Shown here one piece after another: positions 48,800 through 61,505 of a stretch of DNA of 64,000 bases. The stretch is taken from NCBI GenBank assembly GCA_964016885.1, contig OZ024742.1, positions 227,912,001-227,976,000 of the forward strand. Direction: 5' to 3'. A program made the position numbers and the translations under genes. Source of the stretch: Eledone cirrhosa. Taxonomy: Eukaryota. Position 1 is the first letter of the stretch; the number at the start of each line of letters is the position of its first letter. The notes below the pieces were generated by a model. That model searched no databases and was not told the DNA's origin. It saw only the letters and a program-made list of their open reading frames with translations.

Positions 48800-51444
48800 G
48801 GAGAAGCACCACTGACGCCCTCTTCCTTGTGAGGCAAATGCAAGCTGCTCTACCTAGCTTTCATGAACCTAGAAAAAGCTTTTGACAGAGTCTCTCAACC
48901 CATATGGTAGGCCCTCAGAAAACAAGGCGTAGATGAGTGGCTCATGAGAGCAGTACTAGCCATGTAGAGAGGGGCCACCAGCTAAGTTAAAATCAACAAT
49001 GAATACTGTGAGGAATTCAGTGTACAGGTGGGAGTTCACCAGGGTTCCGTCCTTAGCCCTCTCCTCTTAATTATTGTACTACAGGCTATAACAGAGGAAT
49101 TTAAGACTGGTTGCTCATGGGAAATACTATACACTGATGACCTTACCCTCTTAGCTGAGTCTATGACAGAATTAGAGAATAAATTTCAGACATGGGGGCA
49201 CAACTTGGAAACAAAAGGCCTTAAAGTCAACCTAACCAAGACCAAAAATCTTGTGAGCAATAGAGGAAACAGAGCTCTGAAACCCTCCGGGAAATGACCT
49301 TGCTCGGTGTGCAGGAAAGGGGTAGGCAAGAATTCCATCCAGTGTCCCAAATGTAGACAGTGGATACACAAGAGATATAGTGGGAAAACAGGCAGGATAG
49401 CAAAAAACAAGGACATCATATGTCAACCCTGTACAGGTGTAATAGGCAAAGACCTTCATAGAAATAGTTGATAGCTTCTGCTATCTGGGGGACCAAATCA
49501 GCTGCGGAACTGGCTGTGCAGAAAGGTCTCTCACTCAAGATAAAAGGCAAGCTGTACGATGCCTGTGTGCGCTCAGCAATGGTACATAGTAGTGAAACAT
49601 GGGCTCTGCATGCCGAGGACCTACGAAGATCGGAAAAAAACAAAGCCTATTTGATTAGATGGATGTGTAACAGGTGTATGTGAACGGCAAAGTGTATTAA
49701 GGGTGAAACTGGGCATAAGAGGGATCAAATGCTGTGTGCAGGAGAGAAGACTGCGGTGATATGGTCACATGATGTGCATGAAGAATGACAGCTGCTTAAA
49801 GAGGTGCAGGGCTTTAAAGGTTGCAGGATACCTCAGGAAGACGTGGGTTGAAAAGATAAAGGCAGACCTGACTCAACTAAATCTCCTAATGGGGATGACA
49901 TAGAACCAAGTCCTCTAGCGTTACAACATATGACAAAAGACCCGTGTTGACAACTCAATGCCGGACTCAGCTCAAAATGGCACCATCCAACCTCACACCA
50001 CAAACACAGTTGGCGGCAGGCCCATGAAGGATACATCACGGTCATCCAGTGTGGGACTCCAGAAGTATGATTCTGCTATGTGAAGGGTTCAGCACAGCCA
50101 ACAGCCCTATCCCTCCTCATAGTGGTGGCATCCAATCGCAGGCTCCCAAAATGTGGTTTCATATTGAGAAGAGTTTGTTGTATGGAGAGTGCCTGGCTCC
50201 CATATTGGGATGCCGCTGTGAGAAGGGTTCAGCACAGCCAATTGGCCTGTCCCTCCTCACAGTAGTGTCATCCAGTGCCAGGCTCTGAAAATGTGGTTCT
50301 ACTGTGAGATGGGTTCGACCTGACCAACTGGACTGCTCCTCCTCATAGTGGAGTCCGGTGGCAACCAACACCTGAACTGAGGATCCACTGTATGAAGGAT
50401 TTGGCGCAGCCAACTGGCCTCTTCCTCCTCACAGTGGTGCCATCCAAATCCAGGCTCCTAAAATGTGGTTTCACAACGAGAAGGGTTTATCATGGCTGAA
50501 TAGCCTGTGCAGTTCCTGAGCTGTGGGTTTGCTGTGTGAAAGGTTCAATGCAGCTAACAGGCCTGTCCCTCTGCATAGCAGTGTCATCCAGTACCAGCCT
50601 CCAAAACAGTAGTTTCGCTGTGAGAATTGGTTCAGTGCGGTCAACTGGCCTGCCCCTCATCACAGTGGAGTCATGTGGCATCTGACACCCGTATTGATGG
50701 GCCACTGTGTGCAGGGTTTGGCACAGCCAACTGGCCTGTCCGTCCTCATAGCAGTGTCATCCAGCTCCAGACTCCCAAACTGTGGCTCCGCAGTAAGAAT
50801 GGGTTCGGCGTAGCCAACTGACCTATCCCTCATCATACCTAAACCATGCGACATCCGACACCTGAACTGAGGGTGCGCTGTATGAAGGGTTCAGCATGGC
50901 CAACAGGCCTCTCCCTCTGCATAGCGCAGTCCCGGGTTCCCAAGTCAGGAATGTGGCTCTGCTGTGGGAGGGGTGTGGTGCGGACAACTGGCCTGCCCTT
51001 CTCATAGCGGTGCCATGCAACACCTGAACGTTGTGTGAAGGGTTCAGCGAGTCCAACTGGCTTATCCCTCTGCATAGCGGTGCCATCCAGTGCCAGGTTC
51101 CCAAACTGTAATTCCCTACCTGTTCCTCCTCATAGCGGTGCCATCCAGCACCGGGCTCCAAAACTATGGCTACGCAGTGAAATGGATTAGGCTCCTTGTA
51201 TCAGTGCCATCCAGTACTGGGCTCCTAAACTATGGTTCCGCTGTGAGACAGATTTGGCGCAGCCAATGGGCCTGTCCCTCCTCATAAGGAGCCATCCAGT
51301 TACACACTGTAAATGTGGTTGGTGTTAGGAAGGGCAGCCAGCTGTAAAATACCAAATTTACAGTCCTTGTCAGAACACGGTATGGCGTGACCAACCCATC
51401 TAACCCATGCAAGCATGGAAAAGTGGATGATAAACAGTGGTGAT

Positions 51445-51446
<2 letters not shown>
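48800..51446 (+). mobile_element. Decayed RTE with a long tandem-repeat 3' region
   Basis: RT and C-terminal remnants to ~49950, array at 50040-51298, then the usual ggttggtgttaggaagggc...aacccatgcaagcatgg tail. Confidence 0.78.
50040..51298. repeat. GC-rich diverged tandem array, ~85-bp unit, ~13-15 copies
   Basis: Recurring gaagggttcagcacagccaactggcctgtccctcctcatagcggtgccatccag. Confidence 0.88.
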
Positions 51447-51500
<54 letters not shown>

Positions 51501-51921
51501 TGTGTGTGTGTGTGATCAGCATTAACATCATTTAACAACAGTTTTCCCTACTAGCAAAGGTTAGATGGGTCACCATAGACCAAATCATTACTTAATTGGA
51601 GCCACTGACCCCTCAGATGGGCCAGGGGCCTGCATCTCACCTACATTTGCTCCAGCACGCTGAAAAGTGCACTGTGCATTTTATCACGGAAGCAGCACTA
51701 GGGAGGCCTCTTCAGCTGTGTTAAAGACATGACAACCTCCCCAGTGCTGGTGCCGCAATAAAATGCACCCAAACACTCTGCAGAGTATGGGAATGTATGC
51801 ATATGAGAAGTAACCCCAGCCTGTCTAAATGGCTTTGGCTAAGTACCAACTTGATCTGTGATGACCTGTCCAACCTTTGCTAGCAGGGAAAGTTGATGTT
51901 AAATGATGATAATTGCACACA

Positions 51922-52581
51922 TATCTCTCTCCAGCCTATTGGTTCATTCATTCATATTGTTCTAAATAATCTTCTCTTTGCTATCGGTCCATTCATTCAT
52001 ATATCCGTATATCGCCCAAAATCCAATCTTTGCTCTCTCTCAATGCTATTCTATAATTCTGTCTGGTTGTTTCTAAATAATCTTCTTGTATTTTTTTTTT
52101 TTTTTTAACTACCCCACTTGTTCTAAATAATCTTCTCTTTGCTTTTCTAAAATAACAATCTTGTTTGTTTAATTTTGGCCGAAAAAAATGCTAGGATTGA
52201 TAAAATGGCCTCTTATCCTTTACCCCCCGTCCCCACTATAGCGTGTTACGCGCTGGCTAGCTCACCCTTTCAATCACTCCCCCCTTCTCTCTCCAAATAT
52301 AAATAAACCTGTAGCGAGGTACGAATCTCAGAATTTGTCAACGCTCAAAAATGGTGAGACCTCGTCCCTGCGAAGTATAATGTAAATGCCATTTTTCTTA
52401 TCTCTCTCCAGCCTATCGGTTCATTCATATTGTTCTAAATAATCTTCTCTTTGCTATCGGTCCATTCATTCATATATCCGTATATCGCCCCAAATCCAAT
52501 CTTTGCTCTCTCTCAATGCTATTCTATAATTCTGTCTGGTTGTTTCTAAATAATCTTCTTGTATTTTTAACTACCCCACTT
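51922..52581. repeat. ~180-bp direct repeat pair upstream of an RTE ORF
   Basis: 51922-52119 vs 52399-52581, near-identical. Confidence 0.9.
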
Positions 52582-52735
52582 TGCTAACTACCCCATACCC
52601 CTCCCTCCCGCCCCCACTCTCCACATTATTTGGACCAATCACAAGTCAACAGCCTATGCTATCACTTCTGGCTGCTTTTCGATATGATGGATGGACTAAG
52701 GAATTTCTGGAGAGTCTGAAGAATCTGGACACTCG

Positions 52736-55700
52736 ATGACAATGCCAAAGATAACGACAAATTCACCTCATGCTGCCGGACGAAAGGGCAAGTCCCCCTC
52801 CTCTTTGTTTCGGCCGCGGATGGCCAACATAACCCCAACCCCATCCCCCTCACCCATCCCTGCGCCCCATCCGCCAAACACAATCCAAAACTTCAGAGTT
52901 GGTACCATAAATGTAGGCACCTTAAAAGGCCGCTCTAACGAGGTTGTAGAAATGCTTGAACGTAAGGAGGTTGATGTTTGCTGTATCCAAGAGACCAGGT
53001 GGAGGGGCGGGTCTGCTAGATTCATTGTGGGTAAAAAACGTTGCTATAAGCTCTTCTGGGTGGGAAATGACAATGGGATAGGTGGGGTAGGAATCATGTT
53101 AGCAGAAAAATGGGTGGATAAGATAATAGATGTAAATAGAGTAAATGACAGAATAATTAAAATAAGACTTGTTCTAAATAGAACTACTCTGACAGTAATA
53201 TCGGCATACGCGCCCCAATCCGGACTGCCTGGCGCTATAAAAGACAGATTCTATGAGACACTGATGCTCACTACCTCCCAAATAACCGACAGTGACTATA
53301 TAATTATTGTTGGCGACCTAAATGGCCACGTTGGTCAACATTGTGACGGCTATGGCGGAATCCACGGAGGCTATGGGTTTGGTACTAGAAATGAGGAAGG
53401 CTCCAGAATCCTGGAATCCTGTGACGCAAATAACCTAACTATCTGTAACACTAACTTCAAAAAACGAGACAATCACTTGATCACCTACAGATCGGGGGAA
53501 CATACCAGCCAGGTAGATTATATCCTTACCAGAAGACGTGACAGAGTGTCTGTTGTAAACACTAAATCCCTCGCCCATGAAGAATGCACCTCCCAACATA
53601 GACTGCTAATTAGCGACCTCATAGTCAGGACGAGATGTACTAGACAACAGAAGAGGACTATCCTCAGGAGAAAAATATGGAAGCTAAAGGACCTCACAGC
53701 CAGAAATAAATTTCAAAGCATATTACTTGATGCTTTCGACAGTAAGGAAGAGCAATTAGAGTCAGATAATATAGAGGAACAGTGGGAATTCCTGAAAGCA
53801 AACCTGCTGTTGGCGGCAGACGAAGTCTGTGGCTGGAGCAGGCCTGTAGGTAGGAGGAGAGTAACATGGTGGTGGAACAGTAAGGTGGAGAAGTCAATTA
53901 AGGCCAAAAAGCAGGCTTGGAAAGTATGGCGGGATGGGGGAAGTAGAGAAGACTATCAAGTGGCCAAGAGGGAAGCTAGGAGACAAGTGTACTTCGCAAG
54001 AAGGGAAGCAGAGGAAAGAAAGTTCAAGCATGTTCTACAACGTGAGGTGTTCAGGATTGCTAGGCAATGTGTCAAGGAAAACCGTGATATTGTTGGGGAG
54101 AAGTGTGTACTTAATGATGATGGCGTACTTGCCATCACTGACGCTGATAAGAAGGTAGCTTGGAAGTGTCACTACGAAAGGCTTCTAAATGAGGAGAATA
54201 AATGGCAGAAAGACAGTCTCCCCCACATCGACCCAATAGAGAGACCGGCAGTGTTAGTCGAAGGTACTTAGCTTTTGAAGTACTTAGCTTTTGTTGACTT
54301 GGAGAAAGCCTTCGACAGAGTCCCCGGTTCCATTATCTGGTGGGCTCTTAGAAAACTAGGTGTTGACGAATGGCTTGTGAGATCTATACAAGCCATGGAT
54401 AAAGAAACAGTCAGCAAGGTTAGAATTAACAACGAATATAGTGAAGAGTTTAGTGTAAAAGTTGGTGTTCATCAGGGCTCTGTTCTTAGCCCCCTACTAT
54501 TTATTATTGCCCTTCAGGCTATAACAGTGGAGTTCAAGACCGGCTGCCCATGGGAACTCCTATACGCAGATGATCTAACGCTCATAGCTGAATCAATGAC
54601 CGAGCTAGAGAAGAAATTCCAAACATGGAAGCACGGTCTAGAATCAAAAGGCCTTAAAATTAACCTGGCTAAGACTAAAGTTCTAGTTTGTAGGAAAGAA
54701 AATAAGGCAACGGTCCCTTCCGGGAAATAGCCATGCTCAGTGTGTAGGAAAGGCGTAGGTAGAAACTCCATTTTATGTCCCAAATGCAAAGTATGGCTGC
54801 ATAAAAGATGTAGTGGGATCACAGGTGAGCTAACTCAGAACATAGATTTTACATGTGGCCGGTGCTCTGGTGCAATAAGTAGCAGCAAGTGCCCACAAAA
54901 TACTAGCTCTTTCAATTGCGCAGAGGGTTCTATAGAAATAGTGGACAGCTTCCGTTACCTGGGTGACAAAATCAGCAGTGGGGGAGGGTGCTCTGAAAGT
55001 ACAGTAGCTAGAGTCAGAACTGGTTGGAAAAAGTTCAGAGAGCTTATACCACTATTAGCCGCTAAAGGGTTCTCACTAAAAATGAAAGGCAGGCTGTATA
55101 ATGCCTGCATACGAACAGCAATGTTACATGGCAGTGAGACCTGGGCATTGTGTGCAGAGGATATACGCAGACTAGAGAGGAACGAAGCTTGCATGCTCCG
55201 CTGGATGTGTAATAGTAACATACGTGAATGGCAAAGCATAAGCGAACTAAGGAAAAAATTAGAAATAAGAGGGATTAGATGTTGTTTACTCGAGAGAAGG
55301 CTACGTTGGTATGGTCACGTGATGCGCATAAAAGACGACAGCTGTATAACAAAGTGCAGGGCAATAAAGATAGACGGTAGCTACGGAGTAGGCAGACCCA
55401 GAAAAACCTGAGACGAGCTGATAAATTCCGACCTCACACACTTACACCTCTCCAAGACAATGTCACTGGACCGAGACCTTTGGCCGTACTCAATAATAGA
55501 GAAGACCCGCCTTACCTAAATACAAAGTAAAACCTACTACAGTCAGTAGGCATCTCTAACAAAATATACCCTCATCCACACCGCCCCTTTCAATGTAAAG
55601 TTATGTTGGTGCCACAACATCCAGGCCGAAATAAATGAGATCGTGTAGGTGTCACAACAAAAAAAAACACACAGTCCACGCTGTAATGTGGCCGTGTAGG

Positions 55701-55892
55701 CAACACGGTAAAAACCTCCCAGCCCCACACTGTAAATGTGGTTGGTGTTAGGAAGAGCATCCAGCTGTAGAAAACCCGCCAGACAGTCCTACGCGAGCAA
55801 GACAATCACTCTTGCCTCAAGCGGGAAAACCCCCGTCCAAACCCATGCAAGCGTGGAACATGGACGTTAAACGTTGATGATGATGATGATGA

Positions 55893-55896
<4 letters not shown>
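52736..55896 (+). mobile_element. RTE subfamily B with internal deletion
   Basis: ORFs 52736-54271, 54275-54730 and 54740-55411. About 0.41 kb is missing relative to 58210-58618; UTR and (GAT)n tail present. Confidence 0.93.
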
Positions 55897-55946
<50 letters not shown>

Positions 55947-55989
55947 AGATTCAGGACCCCGATGGCTAAATCTTTTCATATTACCCACT

Positions 55990-56387
55990 CTACTACCCCA
56001 AGTATCGAGTACTCTGGTGCGTTATGGTCCTCTTAACCAAATATATACCCCAACCCACTACTCCATCTTGCCACTCCCACCAACACCAGCCTTTCTCTGT
56101 AAAGTTATGTTGGTACCACAGAAGATCCAGTCCAAACTAAAGAGGTTGTGTAGGTGTCACGACAAAAAAGCACCCAGTCCACGCTGTAAAGTGATTGTGT
56201 AGGAGACATGATAAAAAGGCGTCCCAGTCCACAATGTAAATGTGGTTGGTATTAGGAAGAGCATCCAGCCGTAGAAAACCTCTATACGAGATGGACATGG
56301 TCACCTAACCAATCTTGCCTCAAGTGGGACAATCCCGTCCAACCCATGCTAACATGGAAGATGGACGTTAAATGATGATGATGATGG
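55990..56387 (+). mobile_element. Isolated RTE-B 3' UTR copy
   Basis: Homologous to 55550-55895, ending in (GAT)n. Confidence 0.75.
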
Positions 56388-56467
56388 TACATGTATATAT
56401 ATATATATAGAGAGAGACAGACAGACAGAGAGTGAGAAAGAGAGGATAGAGACCTATGTATATTGTT

Positions 56468-56908
56468 GATGTTGTTACAGCTCACATCTATGTAGCTTTA
56501 GTTAGCCTACTACAAATTTGTATCTCATAGGAAGTTTCTCAGGTGTTTTAATGATAAGGGTACCAGTCCTATCCTATTGTTGTTCTTACAGTTCATAACC
56601 AGGTAGGTTTAGCTGGCCTTCTATGAGGGAAAATTTCATCTCGAATGAAATTTTCTTGGGCATTTCAATGATAGCAGCACCAGTCACATCATAGTGTTGT
56701 TGTTACAGTTCACATATATATAAATTTAGTAGGCCTCATTAGAAATTGCATTTCATAGGAGATTTTCTTGAGGATTTTAATGATAGGGACCTCAGTTCTA
56801 TCATGAAAAGCAATGTAAAATAAAGCATCTTGCCCAAAAGCACACACAACATCCAGTCAAGGAATCGAAACTACAACCTTATGACTGAGTCCAACACCCT
56901 AACCACTA
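56468..56908 (-). mobile_element. SINE head with ~110-bp internal tandem units (relatives at 32000-32290 and 45620-45845)
   Basis: Three gttgttacagctcaca...cataggaagtttct...ttaatgatag units, followed by a reverse tRNA-like head. Confidence 0.55.
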
Positions 56909-56928
56909 TGCTATTAATGAATATATAG

Positions 56929-59900
56929 GTGGAGGGGTGGGTCTGCTAGGTTCATTGAGGGTAAAAACCGATGTTATAAGCTTTTCTGGGTGGGAAACGA
57001 CGATGGGCTGGGTGGAGTAGGAATCATGGTAGCAGAAAAGTGGGCAGATAAGATAATAGACGTAAATAGAGTGAACGACAGAATAATTAAAATACGACTT
57101 GTCCTCAATAGAACTACGGTGACAGTAATATCTGCGTACGCACCCCAATCTGGACTGCCCGGCACTATAAAAGACAGATTCTATGAGACACTGATGCTAA
57201 CTACCTCCCAAATATCCGACAGTGACTATATAATTATCGCAGGCGACCTAAATGGTCACGTTGGACAACATTGTGACGGCTACGACGAAATCCATGGAGG
57301 CTATGGGTTTGGTACTAGAAATGAGGAAGGCTCCAGAATCCTGGAATTCTGTGATGCAAATAACCTAACTATCTGTAACACTAACTTCAAAAAACGTGAC
57401 AATCACCTGATCACCTATAGATCCGGGGAACACACAAGCCAGGTAGATTATATCCTTACCAGAAGACGTGACAGAGTGTCTGTTGTAAATACTAAATCCC
57501 TCCCCCATGAAGAATGCACCTCCCAACATAGACTGATAATTAGCGACCTCATAGTCAGGACGAGACGTACTCGACAGCAGAAGAGGACTATCCTCAGGAG
57601 AAAAATATGGAAGCTAAAGGACCCCACAGCCAGGAATAAATTTCAAAGCATATTACTTGATGCTTTCGACAGTAAGGAAGAACATTTAGAGTCGGACAAT
57701 ATAGAGGGAGAGTGGGAATTTCTGAAAGCAAACCTGCTGTTGGCGACAGACGAAGTCTGTGGCTGGAGCAGGCCTGTAGGCAGGAGGAGAGTAACATGGT
57801 GGTGGAACAGTAAGGTGGAGGGGTCAATTAAGGCCAAAAAGCAGGCTTGGAAAGTATCGCGGGATGGGGGAAGTAGAGAGGACTATCAAGTGGCCAGGAG
57901 GGAAGCTAGGAGACAAGTGTACTTAGCAAGAAGGGAAGCTGAGGAAAGAAAGTTCAAGCATGTTCTACAACGCGATGACCAAAAACGTGAGGTGTTCAGG
58001 ATTGCTAGGCAATGCGTCAAGGAAAACCGTGATATTGTCGGGGAGAAGTGTGTACTAAACGACGATGGCACACTTGCCATCACCGACGCTGATAAGAAGG
58101 TAGCTTGGAAGTGTCACTATGAAAGGCTACTAAATGAGGAGAATAAATGGGAGAAAGACAGTCTCCCCCATATCGACCCAATAGAGGGACCAGCAGTGTT
58201 AGTCGAGGGGAGTATAATAAGTAAGGCAATCAAGGATATGAAGACGGGTAAGGCGGCTGGGCCTTCGGAAATAGTTGCTGAGATGCTGAAGGCATCTGGC
58301 ACGGTGGGACACACCATGGTCACCCGCATAGTTAACCAAGTCGTACAGAATGGGGTTGTTCCGAAGGACTGGCATAGCAGCATCATCGTTAACTGTTATA
58401 AGGGTAAAGGAGACGCCCTAGATAGGAGTAACTATAGAGGCATTAAATTAATCGACCAGGTCATGAAGGTCACGGAAAAAGTAATAGCGCAACTAATCAG
58501 AGAGAGAATTGACCTAGATGAAATGCAGTTCGGGTTTGTGTCAGGCAAAAGTACCACAGACGCTCTTTTCATAGTACGACAACTACAGGAGAAGTACCTA
58601 GCTAAAGGTAAACCCCTCTACTTAGCTTTTGTCGACTTGGAGAAAGCCTTCGACAGAGTCCCCCGCTCCATTATCTGGTGGGCTCTTAGAAAACTAGGCG
58701 TTGACGAATGGCTTGTGAGGGCTATACAAGCCATGTATAAAGAAACAGTCAGCAAGGTTAGAATTAACAACGAATATAGTGAAGAGTTTAGCGTAAAAGT
58801 TGGCGTCCATCAGGGCTCTGTTCTCAGCCCACTACTATTTATTATTGCCCTTCAGGCTATAACAGAGGAGTTCAAGACAGGCTGCCCATGGGAACTCCTA
58901 TACGCAGACGACCTGACACTCATAGCGGAATCAATGGCCGAGCTAGAGAAGAAATTCCAAACATGGAAGCACGGCCTAGAGTCAAAAGGACTTAAAATTA
59001 ACCTGGCTAAGACCAAAGTATTAGTTTGTAGGAAAGAAAACAAGGCGGCGGTCCCTTCTGGGAAATGGTCGTGCTCGGTGTGTAGGAAAGGCGTAGGTAG
59101 AAACTCCATTTTATGTCCTAAATGCAAAGTATGGGTGCATAAAAGATGTAGTGGGATCACAGGTAAGCTAACTAAGAACATAGATTTTACATGTGGCCGG
59201 TGCTCTGGTGCAATAAGTAGCAGCAAGTGCCCACAAAATACTAGCTCTTTCAATTGCGCAGAGGGTTCTATAGAAATAGTGGACAGCTTCCGTTACCTGG
59301 GCGATAAAATCAGCAGTGGGGGAGGGTGCTCTGAAAGTACTGTAGCTAGAGTCAGAACTGGTTGGAAAAAGTTCAGAGAGCTTATACCACTATTAGCTGC
59401 TAAAGGGTTCTCACTAAAAATGAAAGGCAGGTTGTACGATGCCTGCATACGAACAGCAATGCTGCATGGCAGTGAGACCTGGGCATTGTGTGCAGAGGAT
59501 ATACGCAGACTAGAGAGGAACGAAGCTTGCATGCTCCGCTGGATGTGTAACAGTAATATACGTGAACGGCAAAGCATAAACGAACTAAGGAAAAAATTAG
59601 AGATAAGAGGGATCAGATGTTGTTTACTCGAGAGAAGGCTACGTTGGTATGGACACGTGATGCGCATGAAAGTCGATAGCTGTATAACAAAGTGCAGGGC
59701 AATAAAGATAGACGGTAGTCACGGAATAGGCAGACCTAGAAAAACCTGGGACGAGCTGATAAACTCCGACATCACACACTTACACCTCTCCAAGACAATG
59801 TCACTGGACCGAGACCTTTGGCGGTACTCAGTAACAGAGAAGACCCGCCTTACCTAAATATATAGTAAAACCTACTCCAGCCAGTAGGCATCTCTAACAA

Positions 59901-60247
59901 AATACACCCCGTCCCACCCCCACCCCATCCACACCACCCCGTTCTATGTAAAGTTATGTTGGTGCCGCGCCATCGAGGCCGAAACAAATGAGATCGTGTA
60001 GGTGTCACGACAAAAAAAACACACAGTCCACGCTGTAATGTGGCCGTGTAGGCAACACGGTAAAAACCTCCCAGACCCACACTGTAAATGTGGTTGGTGT
60101 TAGGAAGGGCATCCAACTGTAGAAAACCTGCCAGACAGTCCTATGCGAGCAAGACAATCACTCTTGCCTCAAGTGGGACTACCCCCGTCCAAACCCATGC
60201 AAGCGTGGAACACGGACGTTAAACGTTGATGATGATGATGATGATGA
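56929..60247 (+). mobile_element. Near-full-length RTE subfamily B, slightly 5'-truncated
   Basis: Homology to the 52736 copy begins at RW(R)GGSAR; ~390-bp UTR and (GAT)n tail. Confidence 0.93.
56990..59857 (+). CDS. RTE polyprotein (APE lacking extreme N-terminus, RT, PHD-type finger)
   Basis: 955 aa open; GDLNG, VDY, DLEKAFD, YADD and CSVC...CPKC.VWVH..C...CGRC. Confidence 0.9.
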   Translation: MGNDDGLGGVGIMVAEKWADKIIDVNRVNDRIIKIRLVLNRTTVTVISAYAPQSGLPGTIKDRFYETLMLTTSQISDSDYIIIAGDLNGHVGQHCDGYDEIHGGYGFGTRNEEGSRILEFCDANNLTICNTNFKKRDNHLITYRSGEHTSQVDYILTRRRDRVSVVNTKSLPHEECTSQHRLIISDLIVRTRRTRQQKRTILRRKIWKLKDPTARNKFQSILLDAFDSKEEHLESDNIEGEWEFLKANLLLATDEVCGWSRPVGRRRVTWWWNSKVEGSIKAKKQAWKVSRDGGSREDYQVARREARRQVYLARREAEERKFKHVLQRDDQKREVFRIARQCVKENRDIVGEKCVLNDDGTLAITDADKKVAWKCHYERLLNEENKWEKDSLPHIDPIEGPAVLVEGSIISKAIKDMKTGKAAGPSEIVAEMLKASGTVGHTMVTRIVNQVVQNGVVPKDWHSSIIVNCYKGKGDALDRSNYRGIKLIDQVMKVTEKVIAQLIRERIDLDEMQFGFVSGKSTTDALFIVRQLQEKYLAKGKPLYLAFVDLEKAFDRVPRSIIWWALRKLGVDEWLVRAIQAMYKETVSKVRINNEYSEEFSVKVGVHQGSVLSPLLFIIALQAITEEFKTGCPWELLYADDLTLIAESMAELEKKFQTWKHGLESKGLKINLAKTKVLVCRKENKAAVPSGKWSCSVCRKGVGRNSILCPKCKVWVHKRCSGITGKLTKNIDFTCGRCSGAISSSKCPQNTSSFNCAEGSIEIVDSFRYLGDKISSGGGCSESTVARVRTGWKKFRELIPLLAAKGFSLKMKGRLYDACIRTAMLHGSETWALCAEDIRRLERNEACMLRWMCNSNIRERQSINELRKKLEIRGIRCCLLERRLRWYGHVMRMKVDSCITKCRAIKIDGSHGIGRPRKTWDELINSDITHLHLSKTMSLDRDLWRYSVTEKTRLT

Positions 60248-60884
60248 TACACAACTACAACAACAGTTATTTAAAGTAGGAGTTAGTTTTGCAAGCCTCA
60301 TATCGGGTTTAATCATACTCGTGATGGGGTTCTTTCTGAGACAATGTTTTACAACTGGCCGACTTTTCTGGTGTCAACCCTTTTAGTTGCCTTTTACAAT
60401 ATACAGCAATAACAATAAATAAATAAATAAATACACAATAATAAAAGATTTATACTGATTTTAGTCAATCAAACTGGCCCCATTTTTATTTATATTATTA
60501 ATTTTCTGCCAAAAACTGATGAAACTCTAAATATATTTAGTTCAAACCATTAAAAACAACATATCAAAAATTCATTATCTTCTGATGTTTCTGTCCAGAG
60601 TTACATCACATGTTCCTAGTGATCCCATTTGTATCCATGCATTTTTTTTAGGTGCATGGTGAAGTTTAGCATAACATCTTTACAAACAGACCTAGGAATG
60701 GCTCTGATCACCTCCTTGATTCCTTTATTTCATAAGAACCTTTGTGTTATGTTGGTTATTTGAGGAACATAGGCAGTGTCTTTCATTAGAAATATAGTAA
60801 CTAAAGGGTTAAAATGTTAATATTTATCTAAAAACCTTCCATTATAATTCTATGTAAGAAACTTTGTTAAGTTAAGTTTCAAAC

Positions 60885-61505
60885 TCATCATCATCATCAT
60901 TATCATTTTACGTCCGCTTTTCCTTGCTTGCAAGGGTGGGACGGGTTTTATTAAGCACGGCATCTCTCCATTCGTCACAGTCCCTTGTCATCTCCGTGAG
61001 CTTCAGTAGCTAAGTATAGTGGCTTATTCTTCTCTAAGAACCTCTCTTGTAGTTGTCTCACTAAGAAGAGGGCATCTGTTGTACTTTTCCCAGGCACAAA
61101 ACCAAACTGCATCTCATCTAATTTGACCTTTTCTCTAATTAGTTGCGCTAGGATTCTTTCTGCCACTTACATAACTTGATCCATTAGTTTTATGCCTCTA
61201 TAATTGCTCCTCTCCAGAGCATTCCCTTTACCTTTGTAGCAATTTATAATGATACTGTTGCACCAGTCTTTGGGTATGACTTCGCCATATATAGCTTGGT
61301 TGACAATGCGTGCAACCAGTTTAGTTCCTACCTCTCCTGATGCTTTCAGCATCTCAGCAACTATCCCCGACGGTCCAGCTGCCTTGCCACTTTTCATTTC
61401 CTTAATTGCCTCTTGGACCCTATAGTCGTCAATCTCAATGGCTGGTCCCTCTGTTGGGTCTACCAGGGGTAGTTTCTCCCTCTCCCATTTGTTCTCAACA
61501 TTCAT
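60885..61505 (-). mobile_element. RTE subfamily A, truncated and internally deleted, inserted in a MITE
   Basis: 61005-61505 matches ~11377-11871 and joins directly to sequence matching 13022-13150. Confidence 0.9.

Noticed and set aside
50040-51298. C2H2 zinc-finger array (period near 84 bp, CEKG/CEGF words)
   Set aside because: No C-x2-C...H-x3-H spacing or TGEKP linkers in any frame, and the frames are not maintained.
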